Of a DNA stretch of 61,902 bases, positions 27,450 to 37,623 are shown one piece after another (position 1 is the first letter of the stretch; every line of letters begins with the position of its first letter). The translations under genes and the position numbers were made by a program. The stretch lies in assembly GCA_036732045.1 (NCBI GenBank), contig DAINDD010000001.1, positions 60,828 to 122,729 on the forward strand. Reading direction: 5' to 3'. This stretch comes from Chloroflexota bacterium. Its GTDB lineage: Bacteria > Chloroflexota > Dehalococcoidia > SM23-28-2 > RBG-16-64-32. The notes beneath the pieces are model-generated. The model searched no databases. It was not told where the DNA came from and saw only the letters and a program-made list of their open reading frames with translations.

Positions 27450-29171
27450 ATGTCAAGTCCTACTAGCCCTCCTTCCCGAATCGTGCTCACCGGCTTCTCC
27501 GGTACGGGCAAGAGTGCCGTCGGGCCGCTGCTCGCGAAGCACTTTGGCTGGAAGCTTCTCGACACCGACGAGGTCGTCGAAAAGCGCGCGGGCAAGCGCA
27601 TTCTGGCCATCTTCCGTGACGACGGCGAGGACGCCTTCCGCGATCTGGAGGCCGAGGCGATACGCGAAGCCTGCCGGGATGACAAGTTCATCCTTTCGAC
27701 CGGCGGCGGTGCTGTTCTGCGGGCCGAGAACCGCCGTGCGCTCGCCGAGGCCGGCTTCGTCGTCTGCCTCGAGGCGCGGCCGGAGACGATCTTCGAGCGG
27801 CTGATGGCCCGGGCCGACGCCGAGCCGCTGGACAGGCCGCTGCTTGCCACTGAGAACCCGCTCGCCCGCATCACGGAACTGAAGAACGCGCGCCAGCACC
27901 TCTACGCGCTCTGCGACTGGGCCGTCCACACCGACGGCCTGAGCCCCGAAGAGGTCGCCGCCGAGATCGTGCGCGCGTACGACGATCGAGCAACAGCCCT
28001 CCTCGCCGTGCCCGGACGCGTCGATGCGATCGCCGATTCCGACGCGGCCGTCCCGGCAGCCACGCTGCACGCCATCCCGGACGGCGCGTCCTGCATGGTG
28101 CGCACGTCCAGCCGCGAGTACCCCGTCTTCACCGGCTGGGGCAACCTCGGCGAGCTCGGGCGGCGGCTGCGCGATGCTGACCTCAAGCGTTTCACCTATG
28201 TGATCAGCGACGAGACCGTCTGGCACCACCTCGGCGACGAAGTCGAGACTTCGCTGCGATCTGCCGATATAAGTTTCGACGTCTTCACGGTTCCGCCCGG
28301 CGAGCCCAGCAAGTCGCTGGAGATCGCCTCCGAAATCTACGACTGGCTGATCGAACACCGCGCCGAAAGGGGCCACGCCGTTGTCGCGGTCGGTGGCGGC
28401 GTAGCGACCGATCTCGGAGGCTACGTCGCGGCCACGTTCGCCCGAGGCCTCCCGCTCGTCCTTGTCCCGACGAGCATGCTGGGCATGGTGGACGCGGCGA
28501 TCGGCGGCAAAGTCGCAGTCAACCACCCACGCGCCAAGAACATGATCGGCGTCTTCTACCAGCCGCGCTTCGTGCTCGACGATGTGGCCACGCTGCGGAC
28601 GCTGCCTGAGCGCGAGATCAAGTCAGGGCTGGCGGAGGCGATCAAACATGGCCTCATCGCTGATCCCGATTACCTCGACTTCCTGGAACAGAACGCCGCC
28701 GCCATTCTCAGGCTCGACCGCGAGGCCACCGCTGAAGCAGTTCGCCGGAGCGTCTGCATCAAGGCCGAGGTCGTCGGCGCCGACGAGTTCGAGACAACGG
28801 GCCGCCGCAGCACGCTGAACTACGGACACACTCTCGCTCACGCCATTGAATCGACGACCGGATACACGCGCTTCCGCCACGGCGAGGCCGACAGCATCGG
28901 CATGACAGCCGCCGCGGCGATCAGCGTGCGCATGGGACTCCTGGCGCCCGAAGTGAAGGACCGCCAGCGCCGCATCCTGGAGCGCTTCGGCCTTCCGACC
29001 CACGCCGACGGCCTCGACCGCCAGCGCTTGCTCGCCGCCGTCGCCCTCGACAAGAAGGTGCAGGGCAAGAAGGTGCGCTGGGTGCTTCTCGAGGACGTCG
29101 GCCGCACCGTTATCCGCGACGACGTCCCGCCGGAAATCGTCGAAGCCGCGCTGGACGAGGTGCTTCGCTAA
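27450..29171 (+). CDS. aroK-aroB: Shikimate kinase / 3-dehydroquinate synthase fusion
   Basis: N-term GFSGTGKS, FRDLE, STGGG, DRPLL; C-term GGGVATDLGG, DAAIGGKVAVN, KNMIGVFYQP, LNYGHTLAHA, HGEA. Confidence 0.95.
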   Translation: MSSPTSPPSRIVLTGFSGTGKSAVGPLLAKHFGWKLLDTDEVVEKRAGKRILAIFRDDGEDAFRDLEAEAIREACRDDKFILSTGGGAVLRAENRRALAEAGFVVCLEARPETIFERLMARADAEPLDRPLLATENPLARITELKNARQHLYALCDWAVHTDGLSPEEVAAEIVRAYDDRATALLAVPGRVDAIADSDAAVPAATLHAIPDGASCMVRTSSREYPVFTGWGNLGELGRRLRDADLKRFTYVISDETVWHHLGDEVETSLRSADISFDVFTVPPGEPSKSLEIASEIYDWLIEHRAERGHAVVAVGGGVATDLGGYVAATFARGLPLVLVPTSMLGMVDAAIGGKVAVNHPRAKNMIGVFYQPRFVLDDVATLRTLPEREIKSGLAEAIKHGLIADPDYLDFLEQNAAAILRLDREATAEAVRRSVCIKAEVVGADEFETTGRRSTLNYGHTLAHAIESTTGYTRFRHGEADSIGMTAAAAISVRMGLLAPEVKDRQRRILERFGLPTHADGLDRQRLLAAVALDKKVQGKKVRWVLLEDVGRTVIRDDVPPEIVEAALDEVLR

Positions 29172-29176
29172 CCGCG

Positions 29177-29464
29177 ATGCCTCCCGATCCTGCTGCCATT
29201 CGCGCCGTCGTCCGTGGCCGCGTGCAGGGCGTCGGCTTCCGTGACTACGTCGAGACTCGCGCCCGCTTTCTGCGCCTCGCCGGCTACGTCCGCAACTTGC
29301 CCGGCGGCCGCGCCGTCGAGGTGATCGCCGAAGGCCCGCGCGAGGCTCTGGAGCAGCTGATCGAGCATCTGCGCGAAGGCCCTGGCATGTCCCGCATCGA
29401 CGCCGTCGACATCGAATGGCGCGTCCTAACCGGCGAATATCGCGATTTCGGCACGGAGTTCTGA
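29177..29464 (+). CDS. acyP: Acylphosphatase
   Basis: VRGRVQGVGFR, GYVRNL, VEVIAEG. Confidence 0.95.
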   Translation: MPPDPAAIRAVVRGRVQGVGFRDYVETRARFLRLAGYVRNLPGGRAVEVIAEGPREALEQLIEHLREGPGMSRIDAVDIEWRVLTGEYRDFGTEF

Positions 29465-29535
29465 CGCTCGCCGCGGCCGAGCGACAAGCGACTGTCGCCT
29501 GATCCGCCCTCGACCGTGCGGCGTACTATGGATAA

Positions 29536-31554
29536 GTGAACCTCACACTTCGTTCGCCGTTCGGCCCCGCGCTCCGCTTGCTTCTCCCGCTAATTCTGGT
29601 CGCGGTGATTGCCGGCGCTTGCGGCGGCTCGGGCAACGACCAGCTGACGAGTCCTTCGGGCACCGGCGCAGCGGACCAGATCGCTCCAGACTTCCCTGCG
29701 GGCCAGACCTGGTTCAACGTGAGCAAGGCTTTGACGATAGCCGATCTGCGGGGCAAAGTCGTCTTGCTCGACTTTTGGACACTAGGCTGTATCAACTGTC
29801 AGCACGTCATTCCCGACCTGACCCACCTCGAGAGCGAATTCGGTGACTCCATCGCGATCATCGGCGTGCATTCCGGCAAATACGACCGCGAGCATGCCGA
29901 TGACAGCGTGAAGGAGGCCGTGCTCAGGCTTGGTATCGAGCATCCCGTCGTCAACGACCCTGATTTCGTGATCTGGTCTAAATATGGCGCGCAGGCCTGG
30001 CCAACTGACGTCGTCATCGACCCGAACGGCAAGATCGTCGGTGCTCACGAAGGTGAGGGCGTGTACGACGCGGTCGAGCCCACGATCAAGAAGCTCGTCG
30101 CCGACTTCGACGCGACGGGCAAGATCGATCGCACGCCGCTGCCAATCGATCTCCTGGCGGCGCCGATCGCCTCCGACTTCCTGAGCTTCCCCGGCGACGT
30201 CCTCACTGACGAGGCCGGTGGGCGCTTGTTCATCGCTGACTCGGACAACAACCGCATCCTGGTCTCCGGCCTGGACGGTGCGCTACAGAAAGCGATCGGC
30301 AGCGGCACGCAGGGACTGAAGGACGGCATGTCGAGTCAGGCGCAATTCAACCAGCCGCAGGGTCTCGCGCTTTCCGCTGACGGCAACACGCTCTACGTCG
30401 CAGATACGCGCAACCACACACTGCGCGCCGTAGACCTTGCGTCGGATACGGTGACGACGCTCGCCGGCAACGGCCAGCGCGCAACCACGTCGCCGACAGA
30501 TTCGGTCGCGGCGAATGCCATTAGCCTCGCTTCGCCGTGGGGACTTCAGCTCGTGGGGAACACCCTCTACATCGCGATGGCCGGCTCCCACCAGCTCTGG
30601 GCGATGGATCTCGCGGCGAAGACGATCAGCGTCATCGCCGGCTCGGGCCAGGAAGGTGTCGCCTCCGGACCGCCTCTCGGCGCCACGCTCGCACAGCCCA
30701 ACGGAATCACGACCGACGGCACGAATCTCTACTGGGTCGACCCTGAGTCAAGCTCCGTCCGCAAGCTTCCCCTCTCCGGCGGCGACGTTCAGACGCTCGT
30801 TGGCACCGGCCTCTTCGACTTCGGCGACGTGGATGGCCTGCCGAGCGTCGCCAAGCTGCAGCACGCGCAGGGAATCGTCTACGCGAACGGTACGCTTTAC
30901 GTCGCCGACACATACAACCACAAAATTCGGACCGTCAACCCGACGACCGGCGAAGTCAAGACATTCGCGGGCACCGGCACCTCCGGCAACACTGATGGCC
31001 CCGCGGCGACCGCCACGTTCAATGAGCCGGGCGGCTTATCAGTCCTGGGCAACAAACTCTACATTGCTGACACGAACAACAACGCGATCCGCGTCATCGA
31101 CCTCGGGAGCGGGAACGTCTCCACGCTACAACTGAGCAACCTCGCCGTCGCCGCATCGGGCCAGAAGGGCCGCGTTCTCAAGATGTCGCTGCCACCGCAG
31201 ACGATCAATCCATCGACGACAACGCTGCGGCTTCGCCTCACGGTCCCCTCCGGCTACCTGCTGAACAACCTCGCGCCGTCGCAGCTGACGCTGAGCACAT
31301 CCGACACCGGTGCCTTCAGCCCCGGCCAAACCGACGTTACGTTCTCCACCAACGAGGCGTCCGTCGAGGTGAGCGTGCCCGTGACCGTATCGGCTGGCCA
31401 GGCGATCCTAAGCGCCACGGGCGACGTCTATTACTGCCGCGAGAATCAGAACGCAATCTGCCTCGTCGACCAGCTTGACATAGCACTGCCCGTCACCGTC
31501 TCGGCCTCTGCCCCCACCGGCGAGGCAGTGATGGAGTACGAGCTTCCGCAGTAG
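29536..31554 (+). CDS. Thioredoxin-like + NHL-repeat lipoprotein (NHLRC2/SOQ1-like architecture)
   Basis: Lipobox IAGAC; LLDFWTLGCINC, IGVHSGKY, AWPT; several NHL repeats (FNQPQGL, YVADTYNHKIR). Confidence 0.85.
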   Translation: MNLTLRSPFGPALRLLLPLILVAVIAGACGGSGNDQLTSPSGTGAADQIAPDFPAGQTWFNVSKALTIADLRGKVVLLDFWTLGCINCQHVIPDLTHLESEFGDSIAIIGVHSGKYDREHADDSVKEAVLRLGIEHPVVNDPDFVIWSKYGAQAWPTDVVIDPNGKIVGAHEGEGVYDAVEPTIKKLVADFDATGKIDRTPLPIDLLAAPIASDFLSFPGDVLTDEAGGRLFIADSDNNRILVSGLDGALQKAIGSGTQGLKDGMSSQAQFNQPQGLALSADGNTLYVADTRNHTLRAVDLASDTVTTLAGNGQRATTSPTDSVAANAISLASPWGLQLVGNTLYIAMAGSHQLWAMDLAAKTISVIAGSGQEGVASGPPLGATLAQPNGITTDGTNLYWVDPESSSVRKLPLSGGDVQTLVGTGLFDFGDVDGLPSVAKLQHAQGIVYANGTLYVADTYNHKIRTVNPTTGEVKTFAGTGTSGNTDGPAATATFNEPGGLSVLGNKLYIADTNNNAIRVIDLGSGNVSTLQLSNLAVAASGQKGRVLKMSLPPQTINPSTTTLRLRLTVPSGYLLNNLAPSQLTLSTSDTGAFSPGQTDVTFSTNEASVEVSVPVTVSAGQAILSATGDVYYCRENQNAICLVDQLDIALPVTVSASAPTGEAVMEYELPQ

Positions 31555-31643
31555 CGACTGCCCTACCGATAACCGCATCTGTAGCGCCCTAAAGTGTAAC
31601 TAATCGCCCGCGTGCCCCGTCGTATTTCTGTAGGACAATATCC

Positions 31644-32519
31644 ATGTTCAGACTGGGCCGCACTCTTCTATCGGCGGCGGTGGGAATACTGCTGCCGCTA
31701 GCCATCGTTTCCAGCGTACGCGCGCAGACTCACACCGTCGCGCCGGGCGATTCGTTGTCGTACATCGCTGACCTCTACTCCGTGGCGATTAACGAGATCG
31801 TCCAACTGAACCACATCGCGAACCCGGACCTTATCTTGAGCGGGCAAAAGCTGGATATCCCGGGCGGCCAGGACCCCCGGCCATCCAGCTCTGGAGAAAC
31901 CTACACGGTCCAGCTGGGCGACACTCTCAGCCAGATCGCGGCTCGTTACGGCGTCTCGGTCGACAGTCTCGCGCAGGCCAACAGCATCGACAACCCCGAG
32001 TTCATCGTCGAAGGTCAGACGCTTGTCATCCCCGGCGCCGAGGCGAGCGCACCCACGCCGCAGCCGGCGACCGTCTACATACCGCCGCCGCCGCTACAGT
32101 TCCCGCCGATGCCGTACGATCCCGACATCGAAGCGATCATCGACGAAATGGCCGCGGCTTACGGCGTCGATCCGAATCTCGTGAAGGCAGTCGCGACGGT
32201 CGAGAGCGGTTGGACGGAGGGCGCCGACAGCGTCACAGGTGCACGTGGCGTCATGCAGATCATGCCCGGCACTGCGCAATACCTGCAGGACGAGGTCTTC
32301 GGCTACCCTCTTAACTACGACTCCAGCGCTTACGACAACATCAAGATGGGCACGAAGTACCTCCAGATCCTCCTGGACTCCACCGGCGGCGACGAACACC
32401 TGGCTGTCGCCTCCTACTACCAGGGCCTGGCGCCGACGCAGGCGGGCGTCTTCTACCCCGATACGTCTGACTACGTGAACATGATCTTTCGGGTGCGGGA
32501 CACGTACTGGCCTGAGTAG
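31644..32519 (+). CDS. Exported protein with two LysM domains and a lytic transglycosylase (SLT) domain
   Basis: Signal peptide; HTVAPGDSLSYIA, YTVQLGDTLSQIA; AVATVESG, GARGVMQIMPGT, ASYYQG. Confidence 0.9.
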   Translation: MFRLGRTLLSAAVGILLPLAIVSSVRAQTHTVAPGDSLSYIADLYSVAINEIVQLNHIANPDLILSGQKLDIPGGQDPRPSSSGETYTVQLGDTLSQIAARYGVSVDSLAQANSIDNPEFIVEGQTLVIPGAEASAPTPQPATVYIPPPPLQFPPMPYDPDIEAIIDEMAAAYGVDPNLVKAVATVESGWTEGADSVTGARGVMQIMPGTAQYLQDEVFGYPLNYDSSAYDNIKMGTKYLQILLDSTGGDEHLAVASYYQGLAPTQAGVFYPDTSDYVNMIFRVRDTYWPE

Positions 32520-32614
32520 GGGACAGCGGACAGGGGAAACAGTATACAGCTGGCCCGCGTAGGAGTCCGATACTGGTAAATCAATCGTCCGAAATACCAA
32601 CCTGGCGTCGCGTC

Positions 32615-32998
32615 ATGCGAGCCATCTTTCGCCCCGGTATGGACTGGAGTCCGTCCCTCGTGGAAGGGGAACGAATCATTCGCCACGGCCTAGCGGAAGA
32701 CCGCCGAGGGCTCGGCGGCGGGAACACGGGGCCTGTCTATCTCACAGATCGACGCCTCATCTGGCGTCAGGGTCCCATCACTTGGCCGCTTCGACGGTCG
32801 CAGCTAAATCTTCGCTTGGCAGACATCGATTCGGTGGGTAAGACGACAGTCTTCTCGTACATCGCCGGCGGCCATCGCTTGGAGCTTCGGATGAAGACGG
32901 GAAAGACACATCGGATCTGGGTTAATGGGCTCGACCAGTGGATTGAGGATGTCCGACACGCCGTGGACAATGCTCGGTTAGCCGAAGCCGCAGGCTGA
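32615..32998 (+). CDS. Hypothetical protein, possible PH/GRAM-like fold
   Basis: GPVYLTDRRLIW...LRLADIDSV pattern; lower GC. Confidence 0.5.
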   Translation: MRAIFRPGMDWSPSLVEGERIIRHGLAEDRRGLGGGNTGPVYLTDRRLIWRQGPITWPLRRSQLNLRLADIDSVGKTTVFSYIAGGHRLELRMKTGKTHRIWVNGLDQWIEDVRHAVDNARLAEAAG

Positions 32999-33001
32999 GC
33001 C

Positions 33002-33574
33002 TTACCCAGTCCCTGCAATCCCTAGCGTTTCCGCCACCGGCTTCAGCGCCTCGATCACGAACGCGATGTGCTCGTCCAGGTCCACGCCGAGCACTGCTGC
33101 GCCGTCGGTGATGTCCTCGCGGCGGACGGCGCGCGCGAAGCCTTTGTCCTTCATCTTCTTCTTGACCGAGGCCACGTCCACCTCGTGGATGCTCTTGCTC
33201 GGCCGCACCAATGCCACGGCGGTGATGAAGCCGGATAGCTCGTCGACGGCGAAGATCGCGCGGTCCATGTTGTTTTCGCGCACAACGCCCAGATCGTCCA
33301 AATAGAACGCGTGGCAGAGCACGGCGTGCACGATCTCCTCCGGCACGCCGCGCTCCCGCAGGATCGGGGCGCCCTTCTTCGGATGCTCCTCCGCATTCGG
33401 GTGCATCTCGTAGTCGAAGTCGTGCAGCAGCCCGACGCAGCCCCACATCTCCTCGTCCTCGCCGTACTTGCGGGCGTACGCGCGCATCGTCGCCTCTACC
33501 GCCAGGCCGTGCTTGCGCAACGCGTCCGCCTTCGTGTACTCACAGAGGATCTCCCAGGCTTCGTCTCGCTTCAT
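33002..33574 (-). CDS. HDIG-domain metal-dependent phosphohydrolase
   Basis: LRKHGLAVEA, GLLHDFDYE, AVDELSGFITAVALVRP, KKMKDKGFARAV. Confidence 0.9.
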   Translation of the reverse strand: MKRDEAWEILCEYTKADALRKHGLAVEATMRAYARKYGEDEEMWGCVGLLHDFDYEMHPNAEEHPKKGAPILRERGVPEEIVHAVLCHAFYLDDLGVVRENNMDRAIFAVDELSGFITAVALVRPSKSIHEVDVASVKKKMKDKGFARAVRREDITDGAAVLGVDLDEHIAFVIEALKPVAETLGIAGTG

Positions 33575-33829
33575 GGAACGCTCCTTCAAAAGATAGCCGC
33601 GGATTTTCGCGGATTGTACGCGGATTATGCAAGGGTAGCGGGTTGGGCTGTCAACGAATCGACACCGAATCAACGAATAGAACGCCGCATCCGCCTATCC
33701 GCTCATATCCTCCGTGAGTCCGATGCTGAGTGCTGAGAGCTAAACGCCAGCGTTGCCGCATAACTTGTCGCATTTCCGCGCGTCTAGACCTGAGGTACCA
33801 TAGGTGTACACAAAAAGAGGTGATCAGAT

Positions 33830-34720
33830 ATGCCGAGATCGATCTGGAACGGCGTCATTAGCTTCGGGATGGTCAGCATCCCGGTGAAGCTGTACACCGC
33901 CACGGAAGACAAGGACATCAGCTTCAACCTCCTGCACAAGGAGTGCGGGTCCCGTTTGAAGCAGATCAGATGGTGCCCGGTCCACGAGCGCGCAGTGGAG
34001 TGGAGCGAGATCGCCCGAGGCTATGAGTATGCCAAGGACGAGTACATCACGATGGACGACGCCGACTTTGAGAAGTTGCCGCTGCCCAGCAAGCACGCCG
34101 TCGAGCTTTCGGCGTTCGTGGATGCGGCGCAGATCGACCCGATCTACTACCAGCGCACGTACTATTTGGAGCCGGAGGAGAAGGGCGTCAAGCCGTACGC
34201 GCTGCTCATGCGCGCCTTGAAGGACAAGCAGCTCACCGGCATCGCCAAGATCGCGATCCGCAATAAGGAGCAGCTCTGCGCCCTGCGGCCGATGGACGGC
34301 TCGCTCGTCCTGGAAACCCTCTTCTACCCGGACGAGATCCGCGAAGTGCCGAGCGAAGTGCCAGACACCAAGGTTTCTGAGAAAGAGCTCGACATGGCGA
34401 CGGCGCTGATCGATCTCCTCCGCGACGACTTCGAGCCGGAGAAGTACAAGGACGAGTATCGCGAGGCGCTAATGCAGGTGATCGACGCCAAGCTCGAAGG
34501 TGAAGAGCTATCGGCGCCGAAGGCCACGCGCCCGGCCAAGATCACCGACCTCATGACCGCGCTCAAAGCCAGCGTCGAAGCTGCGAAGAAGGGCCAGAAG
34601 AGCCGAGCCCCTGCTGAGGAGCAGGATGAGGTCACACCTCGCCGCCGCAAGAAGGCCGCCGCTGACGAGGACCACGACGAAGTTACTCCCCGTCGCCGCA
34701 AAAAGGCCGCCGCCGGCTAA
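33830..34720 (+). CDS. ku: NHEJ protein Ku
   Basis: RSIWNGVISFGMVSIPVKLYTA, IDPIYYQRTYYL, ETLFYPDEIR, DLMTALKAS; GAGGTG RBS. Confidence 0.96.
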   Translation: MPRSIWNGVISFGMVSIPVKLYTATEDKDISFNLLHKECGSRLKQIRWCPVHERAVEWSEIARGYEYAKDEYITMDDADFEKLPLPSKHAVELSAFVDAAQIDPIYYQRTYYLEPEEKGVKPYALLMRALKDKQLTGIAKIAIRNKEQLCALRPMDGSLVLETLFYPDEIREVPSEVPDTKVSEKELDMATALIDLLRDDFEPEKYKDEYREALMQVIDAKLEGEELSAPKATRPAKITDLMTALKASVEAAKKGQKSRAPAEEQDEVTPRRRKKAAADEDHDEVTPRRRKKAAAG

Positions 34721-34779
34721 CCCCCGGTTGGTGCGACCACAGTTCGCGGTGCTCACTTAACGCGCGATAATGGGTGCGC

Positions 34780-37623
34780 ATGCTCAAGGAATACGGCCGG
34801 AAGCGCGACTTCCAGAAGACGTCCGAGCCGCCGCCGCATCCGCCCGCGAAACACGACGGCCGGCTCATGTTCGTTGTCCAGAAGCACGACGCCAGCCGCC
34901 TGCACTACGACTTCCGGCTGGAGTTCGAGGGCGTCCTCAAGTCATGGCCCATCCCGAAGGGCCCTTCGCTCGACCCCAAGGACAAGCGGCTTGCCGTCAT
35001 GGTGGAGGACCATCCCCTCGACTACGCCTCGTTCGAAGGTGTCATCCCGAAGGGTGAGTACGGCGGCGGACAGGTAATCGTCTGGGACGCCGGGACGTAC
35101 TCTCCGGACGAAGAAGGCGTGCTCTCTTGGGACGACCGCGACGAGGCCGACCGCCGGATGCAAGAGGGCCTCGCGCGGGGGAAGCTCTCCGTCTACTTGC
35201 AGGGCCATAAGCTCAAGGGGTCGTTCACGCTCGTCAAGATCGCCCGCGCCGAGAAGGAGTGGCTCTTCATCAAGCACAAGGACCGCTTCGTCGACACCGA
35301 GCGAGACGTGACGCTGGAACACCGCTCGATCATCTCCGGCCTGAGCATCGCCGACATCAAGGCCGGCCTCCTGCCGGACCGCGTGCACCAGCGACTCATC
35401 GTTCACCCGAAGGACGCGCGCGGCGCCAAGCGCACTGCCTTCCCAAAGTCGCTGGAGCCGATGCAGGGCACCCTCAGCGAGGCGCCATTCTCCTCGCCGG
35501 ACTGGTACTTCGAGCCGAAGATGGACGGCGTCCGCGCGATCGTCTTCATCAACGGCGATAGCGTTCGCGTGATCTCCCGCAGCGGCCTCGACGCGACGCG
35601 GCAGTACCCGACGATCGTCGCCGAAATGGCGGAGCAGACGGAGCGCCACCTCGTCCTGGACGGCGAGATCGTGGCGCTGAACGAGAAGGGCGTGCCGTCC
35701 TTCCAGACGATCCAGCAGCGCCTCAACCTGCAGCGCGACTCCGACATCCGCAAGATGGACGAGCAGATCCCCGTTTACTTCTACGGCTTTGATATTCTCT
35801 ACGCCGGCGGCTATGACCTGCGCGGCGCCCCGCTCAGCGACCGCAAGGCGCTTCTCAAGCAGCTGCTCGTGCCGACTGACCACATCCACCTGCTGGAGCA
35901 CTTCGAAGAGGACGGCGTGGCGGCGTACCAGGGCGCGATCGCCGCCGGGTTGGAGGGCGTCATGGCCAAGAGGCGCGACAGCGTCTACGAGTCCGGGCGT
36001 CGCTCGAAGGCCTGGCTGAAGGTGAAGGGCACGCTGGAGGACGAGTTTGTCGTGGGCGGCTACACCGGCGGCACCGGCGGCCGCGCGAAGACGTTCGGCT
36101 CGCTCCTCGTGGGGCAATACGATGACCAAGGTCGCCTCGTCTACGCCGGAAACGTGGGCACCGGCTTCGACGAAAAGACGCTAACCTCGCTCCTCAAGCG
36201 CCTCGACTCCCTGAAGACGGACAGATCCCCGTTCGACATCATGACGCCGGGAACGTCACGCTTCGGCCGCCCCAAGGACGTGCTGATCACATGGGTGAAG
36301 CCGGAGCTAGTCGCGCGGGTGAAATTCGCCGAGTGGACGAACGATGGCCACCTACGCGCGCCGAGCTTCCTCGGCCTGCGCGACGACAAACCCCCGCATG
36401 ATGTCCACCGAGAAGTAGTTGTGACGCCGCCGGACGACCCGGACGACGATCCGTCGGCGCGCCGGGTATCCGCTCACGCTGAGGCTCTCGAAGCGCGAGC
36501 GGATGAGCGTGGGCGACGACCATCGAAGCGCCGCAAGGCCTCTGCCTCAACGGACGATCCGCTCGTTGCCGACGTCCTCGAGCAGCTCGAGCAGGAGGCT
36601 GAGAAGTTCGTGCTCAAGGTCGGCGACGATAAGGTGCCGCTGAGCAATCTCGACAAGCCACTCTGGCCGGAGTGGGAAAAGCGCCGCCCGCTCACCAAGC
36701 GCGACTTGCTCGTCTACTTCGCGCGCGTCTCCCCGTACCTCCTGCCGCACCTGCACGGCCGGCCGATCACGCTCACCCGCTACCCCAACGGCATCGAGGC
36801 CAAGCACTTCTATCAAAAGCACTGGGAGAGCAAGCTGCCGCCGTTCGTCGACCCGGTGACGGTCTGGTCGGAGCAGTTCCACACCGACCAGGAGTACTTG
36901 CTCTGCAACAACGTGCCGACGCTGCTCTGGCTGGGCCAGCTCGCCGACATCGAGCTGCACACGTGGTACTCGCGCGTCGACAAAGGACCGGACGGCGCGC
37001 GCCTGCCGGACTACACGGGCGGTGGCGAGGAGAAGTTCGACCGATCCCGCCTCAACTTCCCCGACTTCATCGTCTTCGACCTCGACCCGTACATCTACTC
37101 AGGGGAGGAGAAGCACGGCGCCGAGCCGGAGCTCAACCGCAAGGCGTTCCTCAAGACCTGTGACGTGGCGTTCTGGCTGAAAGACCTGCTCGACTCGCTA
37201 TCGCTGTCGTCGTTCGTGAAGACGACCGGCAAGACAGGCTTGCACATCTACGTCCCCATCGTCCGCCACTTCGACTACGACGCCGTGCGCTCCGCGGCCG
37301 AGACCGTTGGCCGCTTCCTCGTGCGCGCCCACCCGAAAGACGTCACGATGGAGTGGAGCGTCCCCAAGCGCGCCGACAAAATCTTTTTCGACCACAACCA
37401 GAACGTGAAAGGCAAGACGCTGGCCTCCCTCTACTCGCCGCGGCCGGTCGGCTGGGCTGGCGTCTCGATGCCCCTGCGCTGGGATGAGCTGCGCGACATC
37501 TACCCCACGCACTTCACAATACTTAACGCTTGCGACCGCCTCGCGGAAACAGGCGACCTCTGGTCTAACATCCTCGCCGAAAAGCACGACCTGGCAGGGA
37601 TGCTGGAGGCGACGGGAGCCTAG
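34780..37623 (+). CDS. ligD: NHEJ ligase D (phosphoesterase - ligase - polymerase order)
   Basis: PE: QKHDASRLHYDFRLE; LIG: EPKMDG, LDGEIV, EGVMAK, WLKVK; POL: FDLDP, KTTGKTGLHIYVP. Confidence 0.96.
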   Translation: MLKEYGRKRDFQKTSEPPPHPPAKHDGRLMFVVQKHDASRLHYDFRLEFEGVLKSWPIPKGPSLDPKDKRLAVMVEDHPLDYASFEGVIPKGEYGGGQVIVWDAGTYSPDEEGVLSWDDRDEADRRMQEGLARGKLSVYLQGHKLKGSFTLVKIARAEKEWLFIKHKDRFVDTERDVTLEHRSIISGLSIADIKAGLLPDRVHQRLIVHPKDARGAKRTAFPKSLEPMQGTLSEAPFSSPDWYFEPKMDGVRAIVFINGDSVRVISRSGLDATRQYPTIVAEMAEQTERHLVLDGEIVALNEKGVPSFQTIQQRLNLQRDSDIRKMDEQIPVYFYGFDILYAGGYDLRGAPLSDRKALLKQLLVPTDHIHLLEHFEEDGVAAYQGAIAAGLEGVMAKRRDSVYESGRRSKAWLKVKGTLEDEFVVGGYTGGTGGRAKTFGSLLVGQYDDQGRLVYAGNVGTGFDEKTLTSLLKRLDSLKTDRSPFDIMTPGTSRFGRPKDVLITWVKPELVARVKFAEWTNDGHLRAPSFLGLRDDKPPHDVHREVVVTPPDDPDDDPSARRVSAHAEALEARADERGRRPSKRRKASASTDDPLVADVLEQLEQEAEKFVLKVGDDKVPLSNLDKPLWPEWEKRRPLTKRDLLVYFARVSPYLLPHLHGRPITLTRYPNGIEAKHFYQKHWESKLPPFVDPVTVWSEQFHTDQEYLLCNNVPTLLWLGQLADIELHTWYSRVDKGPDGARLPDYTGGGEEKFDRSRLNFPDFIVFDLDPYIYSGEEKHGAEPELNRKAFLKTCDVAFWLKDLLDSLSLSSFVKTTGKTGLHIYVPIVRHFDYDAVRSAAETVGRFLVRAHPKDVTMEWSVPKRADKIFFDHNQNVKGKTLASLYSPRPVGWAGVSMPLRWDELRDIYPTHFTILNACDRLAETGDLWSNILAEKHDLAGMLEATGA

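Noticed and set aside
34942-36129. Long antisense ORFs (for example 34942..36129, 48112..49575, 25821..27044, 13001..13972)
   Set aside because: They mirror well-supported genes on the opposite strand, as expected in high-GC DNA, and have no motifs
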